NCBI GenBank assembly: GCA_041674805.1
Contig: JBAYVA010000001.1
Span: forward strand, 262,612 to 326,611
Reading direction: 5' to 3'
DNA length: 64,000 nt
Origin: Candidatus Magasanikiibacteriota bacterium
Lineage (GTDB): Bacteria; Patescibacteriota; Patescibacteriia; Magasanikbacterales; UBA922
Shown piece by piece: positions 10,037-18,737 of the stretch (the first letter of the stretch is position 1; the number at the start of each line of letters is the position of its first letter). The position numbers and the translations under genes were made by a program. The notes under the pieces were generated by a model that was not told the origin of the DNA, did not search any database, and worked only from the letters and a program-made list of their open reading frames with translations.

Positions 10037-11638
10037 TTAAGTATTTTTTTCTAGTTCTTTTTTGACAATTTCTGGAATTCTATTTTCCAATAAAATGACA
10101 GATTTAATATTTTTGTGTTCTTGTATATATGATAATAAATCTTGACTATTTAATTTCACAAAAACTTTTGTTTGATATTTGGTACCAATACCTCGTTCTA
10201 AAGGTTCTATAAAATCTGGTGCAATAATAACCAATTCATCAGCCATAAAAGCTATTTCACCACCAATTTGTTCATGAATTTCATCGCTAAGTTCACCAAG
10301 CTCAATAATTCCTCTAGTTACTACAATTTTTTTATAATCATGAGAATATCCAGACATTCTATTGATAGCAACGCGAAAACCGTCAGGATTAGAATTGTAG
10401 GTATCATTTAAAATAATAGATTTTCCATAATTTTGAATATGTAGAGCATTTTCAGGACTTTTTACATTTTTTAAAGCTTCTTTAATATCTTCAGTTGAAA
10501 ATCCTAAATGATTGGCTAGTAAAAGTGTAGGTTGTAAATTCAAAATATTATATTCTCCAAAAAGTTTTGTTTGTAATTCTACGTGATTAGTAACGCCATC
10601 TAGATTTCTTGTCAATTTACAAAACACACCTTCATCATTTTCTTGCATATATTCTACTAAACAATTTGGTTTATATTCTTCTTCAAAACCAAAAGTTAGA
10701 ACCTTAGTTTTCAATTCTCCTAAAAATTCTCGACAATATTTGTTGTCTGAATTGGTAATAGCCAAACCATTTTTAGGTAAAGACCTGAGTAGTTCATATT
10801 TAGCTTTTTGAATATTTTCAATAGAACCAAACAAACTCAAATGTTGAGGACTAATAGCAGTCAAAATACCAATCTCTGGTTTAACTATGTTACATATTTT
10901 GTCTATTTCACCAATATTGTAAGCTCCCATTTCTACTATAAAAAAGTCTACGTTTTTGAAATTGGTTTGTAAAATAAATTTACTAACACCAATATCTGTA
11001 TTGATATTCTTTGGTGTTTTGATTACTTTAAATTTATAAGAAAGTAATTGTTTCAAAATTTCTTTGGTACTCGTTTTACCATAACTACCAGTAATACCAA
11101 TAACACGCATTTTTGAATACTTAGCAATTTTTTTTCTGGCCATTCGGGCAATATGATCTTTGACAAATTGTGAAATTATATTTAATAAGTGTACTAAAAT
11201 AGTAATAGTCACAAAACGTAAAAAACTAAAAGCTGCAATAGTCCTAATATCTTCTGTTTTTAGATAAAAAGCAATTTCAAGTAATATAGAAGAAAAAATT
11301 AACAAAATTATTTTCAAACTAAATTTTGGTTTTTTGAGAGGTTTTTTTAAAACAATTTTGGCTAAGAGATATAAAAAGTCTAAGAAATATATCAAAAACA
11401 CTGCCCATTCAATTACCAAAAAATGTCCTTGATCCCAAAAGAATACTACCAAAACAAGTGGCATTTTGTAAAAAAAATCATAACGGAAAATAATTCTTTT
11501 TCCTTCTGAAGTGCGAAGTAAATCTAAAAATCTGTCCCAACGATATTCTTTTAACTGCCAAAAATAAGCAAACTGAATATATTCATTGCTCATGCTGATA
11601 AACCAAAAGAAAATAATTGATAAATCTAAGAGATTCAT
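10037..11638 (-). CDS. murF: MurF (UDP-MurNAc-tripeptide:D-Ala-D-Ala ligase) with N-terminal membrane domain
   Basis: GITGSYGKTSTKE, VEMGAY..GEI, NDTYNSNPDG, IELG; about 150 hydrophobic N-terminal residues. Confidence 0.85.
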   Translation of the reverse strand: MNLLDLSIIFFWFISMSNEYIQFAYFWQLKEYRWDRFLDLLRTSEGKRIIFRYDFFYKMPLVLVVFFWDQGHFLVIEWAVFLIYFLDFLYLLAKIVLKKPLKKPKFSLKIILLIFSSILLEIAFYLKTEDIRTIAAFSFLRFVTITILVHLLNIISQFVKDHIARMARKKIAKYSKMRVIGITGSYGKTSTKEILKQLLSYKFKVIKTPKNINTDIGVSKFILQTNFKNVDFFIVEMGAYNIGEIDKICNIVKPEIGILTAISPQHLSLFGSIENIQKAKYELLRSLPKNGLAITNSDNKYCREFLGELKTKVLTFGFEEEYKPNCLVEYMQENDEGVFCKLTRNLDGVTNHVELQTKLFGEYNILNLQPTLLLANHLGFSTEDIKEALKNVKSPENALHIQNYGKSIILNDTYNSNPDGFRVAINRMSGYSHDYKKIVVTRGIIELGELSDEIHEQIGGEIAFMADELVIIAPDFIEPLERGIGTKYQTKVFVKLNSQDLLSYIQEHKNIKSVILLENRIPEIVKKELEKNT

Positions 11639-11705
11639 ATTGTTAAAATTTCTAATATCTAATTCCTAATTTCTAATAAAATTTTTTAATTTTGTAATTT
11701 TAAAA

Positions 11706-12431
11706 TTATATTTTTGAAAATGATTTTATAATATTCAAAAGTTCTTCTTTTTTCCAAAGGTGTAAGCCATGTGTACCATTTTTTATTACTTCAAGTTTTG
11801 AACCTACGATATTATTGGCAATTAGTGTAGCATCTTTGACAGGAACAAAACTATCTTTATCGCCCCAGACAACTAGAGTTGGAATTTTTATGGCTGGCAA
11901 AAATTCACTGACATCTTCTTTGGTAATCTTGAGGAAAATATCTCTTTTGATGCCAGTTGTTTTATTGTAGTCCCCTGTTCCCGCTGATTTGTAAAGTAAT
12001 TTACGCATAAAAACAGCAAGCTTATTTAACCCTGGTAATCTAAATACTATTTTACCACTTTTGGCAATAAATTTAAAGATTTTATTTCTAATGCTTTCTG
12101 GTCGACGATAAACAGCTGCTCCGCTCAAAATTAATTTATCAACAATGTTTGGTTCGTGAGATAGTAAATAAGAAGCAACTTGTCCACCAAAACTATGGCC
12201 AAGCAAAATTGTGCTTTGTCCTTCTTGTTTGAGACTAATTATTTTGTCTTTAACAAACTGTGAGTACTCCTCCACACCCCAGATTGAGCTAGGACAGCTT
12301 TCCTCACCAAAACATGGTAGTTCTATCACTTCTACTTCAAAATCACTACTAGCCAAAGATACAAAACCAGACCAAGTTTGTTTTGATCCGTTCCAGCCGG
12401 GTAGGATTATTAGTTTTTGTTTTTGTTCCAT
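11706..12431 (-). CDS. Alpha/beta hydrolase
   Basis: GHSFGG nucleophile elbow, WGDKD, THGLH. Confidence 0.88.
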   Translation of the reverse strand: MEQKQKLIILPGWNGSKQTWSGFVSLASSDFEVEVIELPCFGEESCPSSIWGVEEYSQFVKDKIISLKQEGQSTILLGHSFGGQVASYLLSHEPNIVDKLILSGAAVYRRPESIRNKIFKFIAKSGKIVFRLPGLNKLAVFMRKLLYKSAGTGDYNKTTGIKRDIFLKITKEDVSEFLPAIKIPTLVVWGDKDSFVPVKDATLIANNIVGSKLEVIKNGTHGLHLWKKEELLNIIKSFSKI

Positions 12432-12475
12432 AATGCGGATATACTGATAATACGGATTTACGGATAATAACGAAT

Positions 12476-12952
12476 TTATTTTAAGGCTTTTTTGATAATA
12501 CTTTTTATATTATCATCGGCACTAGTTATTTTCAAATTATCTATTTCAGACAAAGGAATCCATTCTAATTTAGCATTCAACTGTATTTCTTTTTCTTCAA
12601 AATTTTGTTCTTTTGCATTACCTACTAATTCACAGACATAAAAAAACTTAATAGCATGCGACGAACCTAAGTTAAATGGCATTTCAAAAAAACGAGTGTT
12701 TACTTCTATCAAATCTTTTACTTCAATTTCAAAACCTGTTTCTTCCAAAAATTCTCTACGCAAAGCATCAATATGATCTTCGCCAAGTTCAATTCCACCA
12801 CCGATCAAATAATAACCTAAATCTCCAAATTTTATCATGAAAACTTTATCATCTTTTATTACCACAGCGTATACAGATGGACGAAAATATAAATTACTAA
12901 CTTTCATTATTACTTTTTCACCTTCCATATTGTAGCCTTCAACAGTTTTCAT
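12476..12952 (-). CDS. NUDIX hydrolase
   Basis: GGGIELGEDHIDALRREFLEETG Nudix box. Confidence 0.9.
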   Translation of the reverse strand: MKTVEGYNMEGEKVIMKVSNLYFRPSVYAVVIKDDKVFMIKFGDLGYYLIGGGIELGEDHIDALRREFLEETGFEIEVKDLIEVNTRFFEMPFNLGSSHAIKFFYVCELVGNAKEQNFEEKEIQLNAKLEWIPLSEIDNLKITSADDNIKSIIKKALK

Positions 12953-12956
12953 GTTT

Positions 12957-14216
12957 TTATGCTTTTATAGTATCCTTGCCCATAAAATTCTGCAAAACTT
13001 TCGGTACTCTAATACTTCCATCAGCTTGCTGATTGTTTTCAAGTAAGGCAATTGGAAAACGACTTAGCACTACTGCAGTACCATTTAGTGTATGCACAAA
13101 TTCATTTTTACCTTCATCGTTTTTGTATTTGATATTTAGTCTTCTTGCTTGATAATCAGTACAGTTACTGGTACTAGTGATTTCACCATAACCACCTTTA
13201 GCTTCATCTTCAGCTTTCATCGTCATCCAAGCTTCAATATCATATTTGCGGTAAGCTGGACCACCAAGATCGCTAGTTGGAATGTCAATAACGCGATAAG
13301 GAATTTCTAGACCATCACAGATTTCTTTTTCAATACTTAATAATTCTTGATGCAAAGCTTCACTTTCTTCTGGTTTACAGAAAATAAACATTTCTAGTTT
13401 GGTGAATTGATGCACACGATAAAGACCTTTGCTAGTACGACCATAAGCTCCAGCTTCAGTACGGAAACAGTGAGACATCGCAGCGTATTTCTTTGGTCCT
13501 GAACTCAAATCCAAAACTTCGTCAGCATGATAGCCTAGCATTGTGATTTCTGCAGTGCCAACTAGACTCAAGCCTTCATCATTGATATTATAAATTTGTT
13601 TTTCTGCTCCACGAGGATTGAAACCAGCACCAAGCAAAATTTCATGTTTGGCCAAATCTGGAGTTTCGACAAGATTGTAGCCATGTTTTGCCAAAATATC
13701 CATGCCATAATTTAGCATAGCTTGGTTTAATCTTACCATATCATTTTTGACAAAGTAAAACTTACTACCAGTTACTTTGGCACCACGTTCGAAATCTATC
13801 AAATCAAGATTGATCATAAGTTCTTCATGATCTTTGGCAGGAAAATCAAAGTTTGGGATAGTACCACGTTCTTCGATTGTGACAAAATCTTCTTCGCCAC
13901 CAATCGGACTTTGAGGATGAGTCATATTTGGTACTTGAAGCATTAGCTCCATAAAATCAGCATCAACTTTTGCAAGTTCCTCTTCCAAAGATTTTATTTT
14001 CTCCCCTACTTCACGCATTTGTTTTATTTCTTCTTCACTTGGTTTTCCTTTTGAACCACTATTTCTTTTTGAACGTAGTTCTTCTACTTCTTGCATTTTT
14101 TCTCTCTTTTGTTTGTCCAAATCAAGAAGATTATCAATATTTATTTTGACTCTTCTATTTACACAATTTTGTTTTATGAGTTCGCTATTGTCGCGAATGA
14201 ATTTTATGTCGAGCAT
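12957..14216 (-). CDS. serS: Serine--tRNA ligase
   Basis: MLDIKFIR, GTAE, FRTEAG..GLYRVHQF.KLE, HTLNGT. Confidence 0.97.
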   Translation of the reverse strand: MLDIKFIRDNSELIKQNCVNRRVKINIDNLLDLDKQKREKMQEVEELRSKRNSGSKGKPSEEEIKQMREVGEKIKSLEEELAKVDADFMELMLQVPNMTHPQSPIGGEEDFVTIEERGTIPNFDFPAKDHEELMINLDLIDFERGAKVTGSKFYFVKNDMVRLNQAMLNYGMDILAKHGYNLVETPDLAKHEILLGAGFNPRGAEKQIYNINDEGLSLVGTAEITMLGYHADEVLDLSSGPKKYAAMSHCFRTEAGAYGRTSKGLYRVHQFTKLEMFIFCKPEESEALHQELLSIEKEICDGLEIPYRVIDIPTSDLGGPAYRKYDIEAWMTMKAEDEAKGGYGEITSTSNCTDYQARRLNIKYKNDEGKNEFVHTLNGTAVVLSRFPIALLENNQQADGSIRVPKVLQNFMGKDTIKA

Positions 14217-14273
14217 AAATTATATTATTAATTTATATGTTTATTTTTAAAATTTTTTCTATTTTATCCATAT

Positions 14274-14594
14274 TTATTTCTTTAAAAAATTTTCTATTGC
14301 TATTTTTATTGATTCAAGAGGTATAGCGCAATTTGCATGAGAAACTATACCACTACTTTTACCTATATAACCATATGTACCATCATCAAAGGCTTCGCTA
14401 TCTATTTGCTTATGAAAATAATTAGGACCTGAAATTTTTATATTCCAACTATTATTATTAAATGTCCATCTCAAATCAAAAACATATCCTTTGTCTTTTT
14501 CATAGAGTTCCTTTAATACTTCAGGAATATAACCATAAAATTCAACAGTACATAGTTCAGCATAAAATTCTGGACTTTTTTCTTTTTCTAACAT
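14274..14594 (-). CDS. Hypothetical protein (paralog of 14607-14936)
   Basis: 106-aa ORF sharing WTFNxNSWNIxI and QxDSEA-FDD with its neighbour. Confidence 0.7.
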   Translation of the reverse strand: MLEKEKSPEFYAELCTVEFYGYIPEVLKELYEKDKGYVFDLRWTFNNNSWNIKISGPNYFHKQIDSEAFDDGTYGYIGKSSGIVSHANCAIPLESIKIAIENFLKK

Positions 14595-14606
14595 AATTTT
14601 TATAAA

Positions 14607-14936
14607 TTATTGTATTTTTTCAAAGAATTTTTTTATAGCCAAGTCTATAGCTGCAATAGGTATCGTAAAATTATTATTTTCGTGATAAACACATAATTTT
14701 TTATTCATAATAAAACCAGTAGTATCATCAAACACAGCTTCAGAATCCATTTGATTGTGAGAAGCGTCTATTTCTCTAGCTATATTTATATTCCAACTAT
14801 TTTTATTAAATGTCCATTTTATTAATTGTTCCGATTTTTCATATGTTAATTTTAAATCTTTCTTAGTAACATCTCCATGTAGGTGTACAGCACACATGCT
14901 GGCAAGTCTCTCAATACTTTTTTCAGAGTCAATCAT
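14607..14936 (-). CDS. Hypothetical protein (paralog of 14274-14594)
   Basis: 109-aa ORF, same motifs, tightly packed in the operon. Confidence 0.7.
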   Translation of the reverse strand: MIDSEKSIERLASMCAVHLHGDVTKKDLKLTYEKSEQLIKWTFNKNSWNINIAREIDASHNQMDSEAVFDDTTGFIMNKKLCVYHENNNFTIPIAAIDLAIKKFFEKIQ

Positions 14937-14939
14937 ATT

Positions 14940-15998
14940 TTATAAATTATTATTTTTGATTATTTCTTTCACATCAGGCACAATCTGCATCAAAAATTCT
15001 TTATTCTTCTCAATAAAATCATAATCTGACAATTCATCTACTTCTACAAATTTTGTTTCCATAACTTCTGTATCATTTACTTCCTGTGCGTGAGAAATAA
15101 ATTTACAGACAAAAGGAATCAGGTATACTTGATAAGAAAAGTCTCTCCCAGCACTTGCTACTACTTGAATTTTGTTTAATTGTTTTACTATTTCAACTTC
15201 ACAACCAGTTTCTTCCAAAATTTCTCTCTTCACATTTTCTTCCAATTTTTCACCATATTCCATACTGCCACCTGGCAATTCCCATTTACCATGAAAACGT
15301 GGATTGTGTGGATCGTTACGTTTAGAGATAAGAACTTTACCTTCTTTGATAATTATTCCAACTGGCACAACTATATGTTTACTACAAAAATGATCTGCCA
15401 AAAAATATTTTATTCTATTTAATGCTATCCCTCTATGGGAAGTAGAATTTTTTTCTACAGCTGTTAATTCACTATAAGTTTTACCTAAATCTTCCAAATA
15501 AAAAATCGGGTCATAACCGAATCCATTTGTAGTTTCTCTTTCTTCTTTCAAAATTTTTCCTCTTCTATCACCATAAGCACAAAATAATTCATTTTTGTGT
15601 GGATTGTAAATTGCTAAAACAGCTTTAAAACTAGCACTTAATTTTTCTTCTGGTATATCTTGTATTTTTTCTAAAAGTTTTTTTCTTCTGTCTACAGCAT
15701 CAATACCAATACGAGCACTAATTACTCCAGGCCAACCATCCAAAGCATCGACAAAAATTCCACCATCATCAGCAAGAGATATTAAACCTGTTTTTTCAGC
15801 ATAATATTTGGCTTTAAGAATTGCGTTGCCTTCAATAGTTGCTTCGTTTTCTTCTGGTTCTTCAGGAATATTTTCTAAATCTTTTAGAGATAAAAAATCA
15901 AAATTTAAATCTTGTAAAAATTTTTTCATTTCTCTAAACTTACCTTCGTTAGTTGTTGCTATAAGAATTTTATTTTTTTCTAGTTTATTTTCACTCAT
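14940..15998 (-). CDS. rdgB: RdgB/HAM1 non-canonical purine NTP pyrophosphatase fused to a NUDIX domain
   Basis: ATTNEGKFRE, NAILKA, GFGYDPIF, KN..SHRG then PGGSMEYGE....NVKREILEETG. Confidence 0.88.
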   Translation of the reverse strand: MSENKLEKNKILIATTNEGKFREMKKFLQDLNFDFLSLKDLENIPEEPEENEATIEGNAILKAKYYAEKTGLISLADDGGIFVDALDGWPGVISARIGIDAVDRRKKLLEKIQDIPEEKLSASFKAVLAIYNPHKNELFCAYGDRRGKILKEERETTNGFGYDPIFYLEDLGKTYSELTAVEKNSTSHRGIALNRIKYFLADHFCSKHIVVPVGIIIKEGKVLISKRNDPHNPRFHGKWELPGGSMEYGEKLEENVKREILEETGCEVEIVKQLNKIQVVASAGRDFSYQVYLIPFVCKFISHAQEVNDTEVMETKFVEVDELSDYDFIEKNKEFLMQIVPDVKEIIKNNNL

Positions 15999-16414
15999 AA
16001 AATTTTTTCTAGTTTATTTTTTATAATACCAGATTTGAAATTATTTTTTTTATAAGATTTTAATCTAACAACTTTTACTTTTAAACCAAAGTTAAGTAAT
16101 TTTACTGACAAATTTTCTGTATTAACTTGTTGATCATAACCAAGAGCAATAATGTCTGGTTTTTCTGCTTTTATTACTTTGTAATAATCTTTTTTATCAC
16201 CTAAGATAGCTTCATCTACAATTTTCAATTCTTGCAAAAAACTCAGTCTTTCTTTTTCTGAATAAACTAATTTTATTTTTTTTATTTTTTCAGCGCTCAC
16301 ATCCCTAGATACAACTACAACCAAATAATCCCCTAGTTTCTTGGCTTGTTTGAACAAATTGATATGTCCTAAATGCAAAATATCAAAAGTACCAAAGACC
16401 ATTACTTTTTTCAT
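15995..16414 (-). CDS. Cytidylyltransferase-family nucleotidyltransferase (RibL/TagD-like)
   Basis: FGTFDILHLGH (HxGH), KPDIIALGYDQ. Confidence 0.82.
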   Translation of the reverse strand: MKKVMVFGTFDILHLGHINLFKQAKKLGDYLVVVVSRDVSAEKIKKIKLVYSEKERLSFLQELKIVDEAILGDKKDYYKVIKAEKPDIIALGYDQQVNTENLSVKLLNFGLKVKVVRLKSYKKNNFKSGIIKNKLEKIL

Positions 16415-16422
16415 AAATAAAA

Positions 16423-17922
16423 TTATTTCTTTTTTTCATCTTTCTCTTCCACTTCTTCTACAGGTTTCATAAGTGGAAAAGCTGTCACTTCACGCAAAGT
16501 ATGTGAACCTGTAATCAAAGCAGCAAATCTATCAATACCAATACCAGTGCCTGTAGCTGGAGGCATGCCGTGCTCTAATGCTTCTACATAACTCCAGTCG
16601 TTGGCCATAGCTTCATCATCCCCTTCTTCTTTATTTTTTACTTGTTCTTCGAATCTTTCACGTTGATCGATTGGATCATTTAGCTCTGTATAAGAATTAC
16701 TAAGTTCAAAACCATTGACGATAAGTTGGAACATTTCGGTGTATCTTGGGTCTTCGGCTTTTTTGGCCAGAGGTTTGAGTTCAATTGGATAATTCAACAC
16801 AAAAGTTGGTTGAATCAATTCTTTGCGAGCTGATTGTTTATATAAATTATCAAGCAATTTGCCACGTTCGGTAAGATTTTCATGATCATAACCTTTGGCT
16901 GACATGACTTTTTTCAATTCTTCCAAATCTGTGAATTCGTCAATATCAATACCAGAATATTTGAGAACTGCATCATGAAAAGTAATGCGAGGATAAGGAC
17001 CTGCAAAATTTATTTTGTGTTCATCTACCTCTACTTCCAATTTACCTATAGAATTTTCAACAACATAAGGAATCAATTTTTCATGCAAGGTCATGTTGTC
17101 TTCATAATCAGCATAAGCCCAATAATATTCAAGCATGGTAAATTCTGGATTGTGTTGGTGATCAACGCCTTCATTGCGGAAAGCTCTACCCATTTCAAAA
17201 GTTTTTTCAAAACCACCCACTAACAATCTTTTTTGCCAAAGTTCACCCATACAAATACGTAAATGCACATCAAGATCATACGCATTCAAATGTGTATCAA
17301 AAGTTTTGGCCATAGCGCCTGAAGAGATAGTTTCAAGTACTGGTGTTTCTACTTCAATAAAATTTTCATTTTGTAAAAATTCGCGAATATAGCGTAATAT
17401 TTTCCCACGAACAATAATTTTGGCTTTTTCTTCTGGATTGACCAAAAGATCCAAATATCTCTTACGGTAGCGTACTTCTTCATCATTCAAACCATGAAAT
17501 TTGTCTGGTAGTGGTAACAAAGTTTTTGCGAGTAGTGTCCAAGAACTAACCAAAATAGAAGGTTCGCCTTTGTGTGTCATGAATTTTTTGCCTTGAACTT
17601 CAACAATATCACCTGAATCAATTTTTTTACTAAATAATTTGTAATTATCAATTCCAATTTCATCTTGCTTAAAAGCTATTTGCATTCTACCTGATTCATC
17701 TTGTAAATGACAAAACATAAGCTTTCCCATGTCACGTTTGGTCATAAGACGTCCAGCAACACTAAGTTCAGCATCTTCTTTTGCGTCAAGAGCTTCTTCA
17801 ATAGTTTGTTTACGATTTATTCTAGCAGGATAAATACTTATATTCATTTCCTGAAGTTCTTTCAATTTACGAAGACGTATTTCACGCTCGTCATTGATAT
17901 TGATTTCTGTATTATTTGTCAT
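16423..17922 (-). CDS. lysS: Lysine--tRNA ligase, class II
   Basis: RYRKRYLDL, FRNEG...HNPEFTMLEYY, GMPPATGTGIGIDR. Confidence 0.97.
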   Translation of the reverse strand: MTNNTEININDEREIRLRKLKELQEMNISIYPARINRKQTIEEALDAKEDAELSVAGRLMTKRDMGKLMFCHLQDESGRMQIAFKQDEIGIDNYKLFSKKIDSGDIVEVQGKKFMTHKGEPSILVSSWTLLAKTLLPLPDKFHGLNDEEVRYRKRYLDLLVNPEEKAKIIVRGKILRYIREFLQNENFIEVETPVLETISSGAMAKTFDTHLNAYDLDVHLRICMGELWQKRLLVGGFEKTFEMGRAFRNEGVDHQHNPEFTMLEYYWAYADYEDNMTLHEKLIPYVVENSIGKLEVEVDEHKINFAGPYPRITFHDAVLKYSGIDIDEFTDLEELKKVMSAKGYDHENLTERGKLLDNLYKQSARKELIQPTFVLNYPIELKPLAKKAEDPRYTEMFQLIVNGFELSNSYTELNDPIDQRERFEEQVKNKEEGDDEAMANDWSYVEALEHGMPPATGTGIGIDRFAALITGSHTLREVTAFPLMKPVEEVEEKDEKKK

Positions 17923-18153
17923 AGCTATTTAACTTAAATTTAGGCTAATTTACTGACTTATTGTAACAGATTTCTTTCAAAAATACAAATATTATGTTTT
18001 AAAAACAAATTTAGCTATATATAGCCAAATTTGTTTTATTTTGTATATAAATTAAGACAAACAAAAAATCCAAAATCTAAAATCCTAAATTAAAAATAAA
18101 TTTTTAAATGAGGTTAGTTTTATGATTTCGGATTTATGATTTTTGAGTATAAA

Positions 18154-18615
18154 CTATTTAATATCTACAATCTTATAAACTTGTACACCAGATGACAAAG
18201 TCACTTGTACTTCTTCTCCCTTGTCTCTTCCTAAAAAGGCAGCACCTAAAGGTGATTCATTGGATATTTTACCTGATACTGGATCTGCTTCTTGAGCTCC
18301 GACAATTGTATATTCTTTTTCTTTACCATTTATTTTTACAGTAACAGTAGAACCTATTTGAACAAAACTGCTTTTTTCTTCTGAAATTATTTCAGAATTA
18401 TCTATCAAATTTTGTAATTCTATGACTCTACTGCCAGCCCATGACATTTCTTCTCTAGCAGCTTGATATTCAGCATTTTCAGACAAATCTCCCATTTGTT
18501 TTGCTTCATCAATTTTTTTGGCAATCACAGGAATTTTGATTTCTTTCAAATCATACAATTCTTGTTTTAAATTATCTAACTTTGTTTTTGTCATGTATTG
18601 GATATCATCTGTCAT
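18154..18615 (-). CDS. greA: Transcription elongation factor GreA
   Basis: GDLSENAEY, EADP..GKISNESPLG. Confidence 0.96.
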   Translation of the reverse strand: MTDDIQYMTKTKLDNLKQELYDLKEIKIPVIAKKIDEAKQMGDLSENAEYQAAREEMSWAGSRVIELQNLIDNSEIISEEKSSFVQIGSTVTVKINGKEKEYTIVGAQEADPVSGKISNESPLGAAFLGRDKGEEVQVTLSSGVQVYKIVDIK

Positions 18616-18692
18616 ATATTTTATTAAAATTAATTTATAAATAATTGAGACTTAAAAAAAGAGCACCACCGATGTGGACTTCAATAGCACAC

Positions 18693-18720
18693 AGTATAGC
18701 AGTTTTAAATTTTAGGTCAA
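18693..18720 (-). promoter_or_regulatory. Putative sigma70 promoter of greA
   Basis: Minus strand TTGACC-N16-TATACT with extended -10 TGn. Confidence 0.55.
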
Positions 18721-18737
18721 ATTAGTTTTCCACACTA

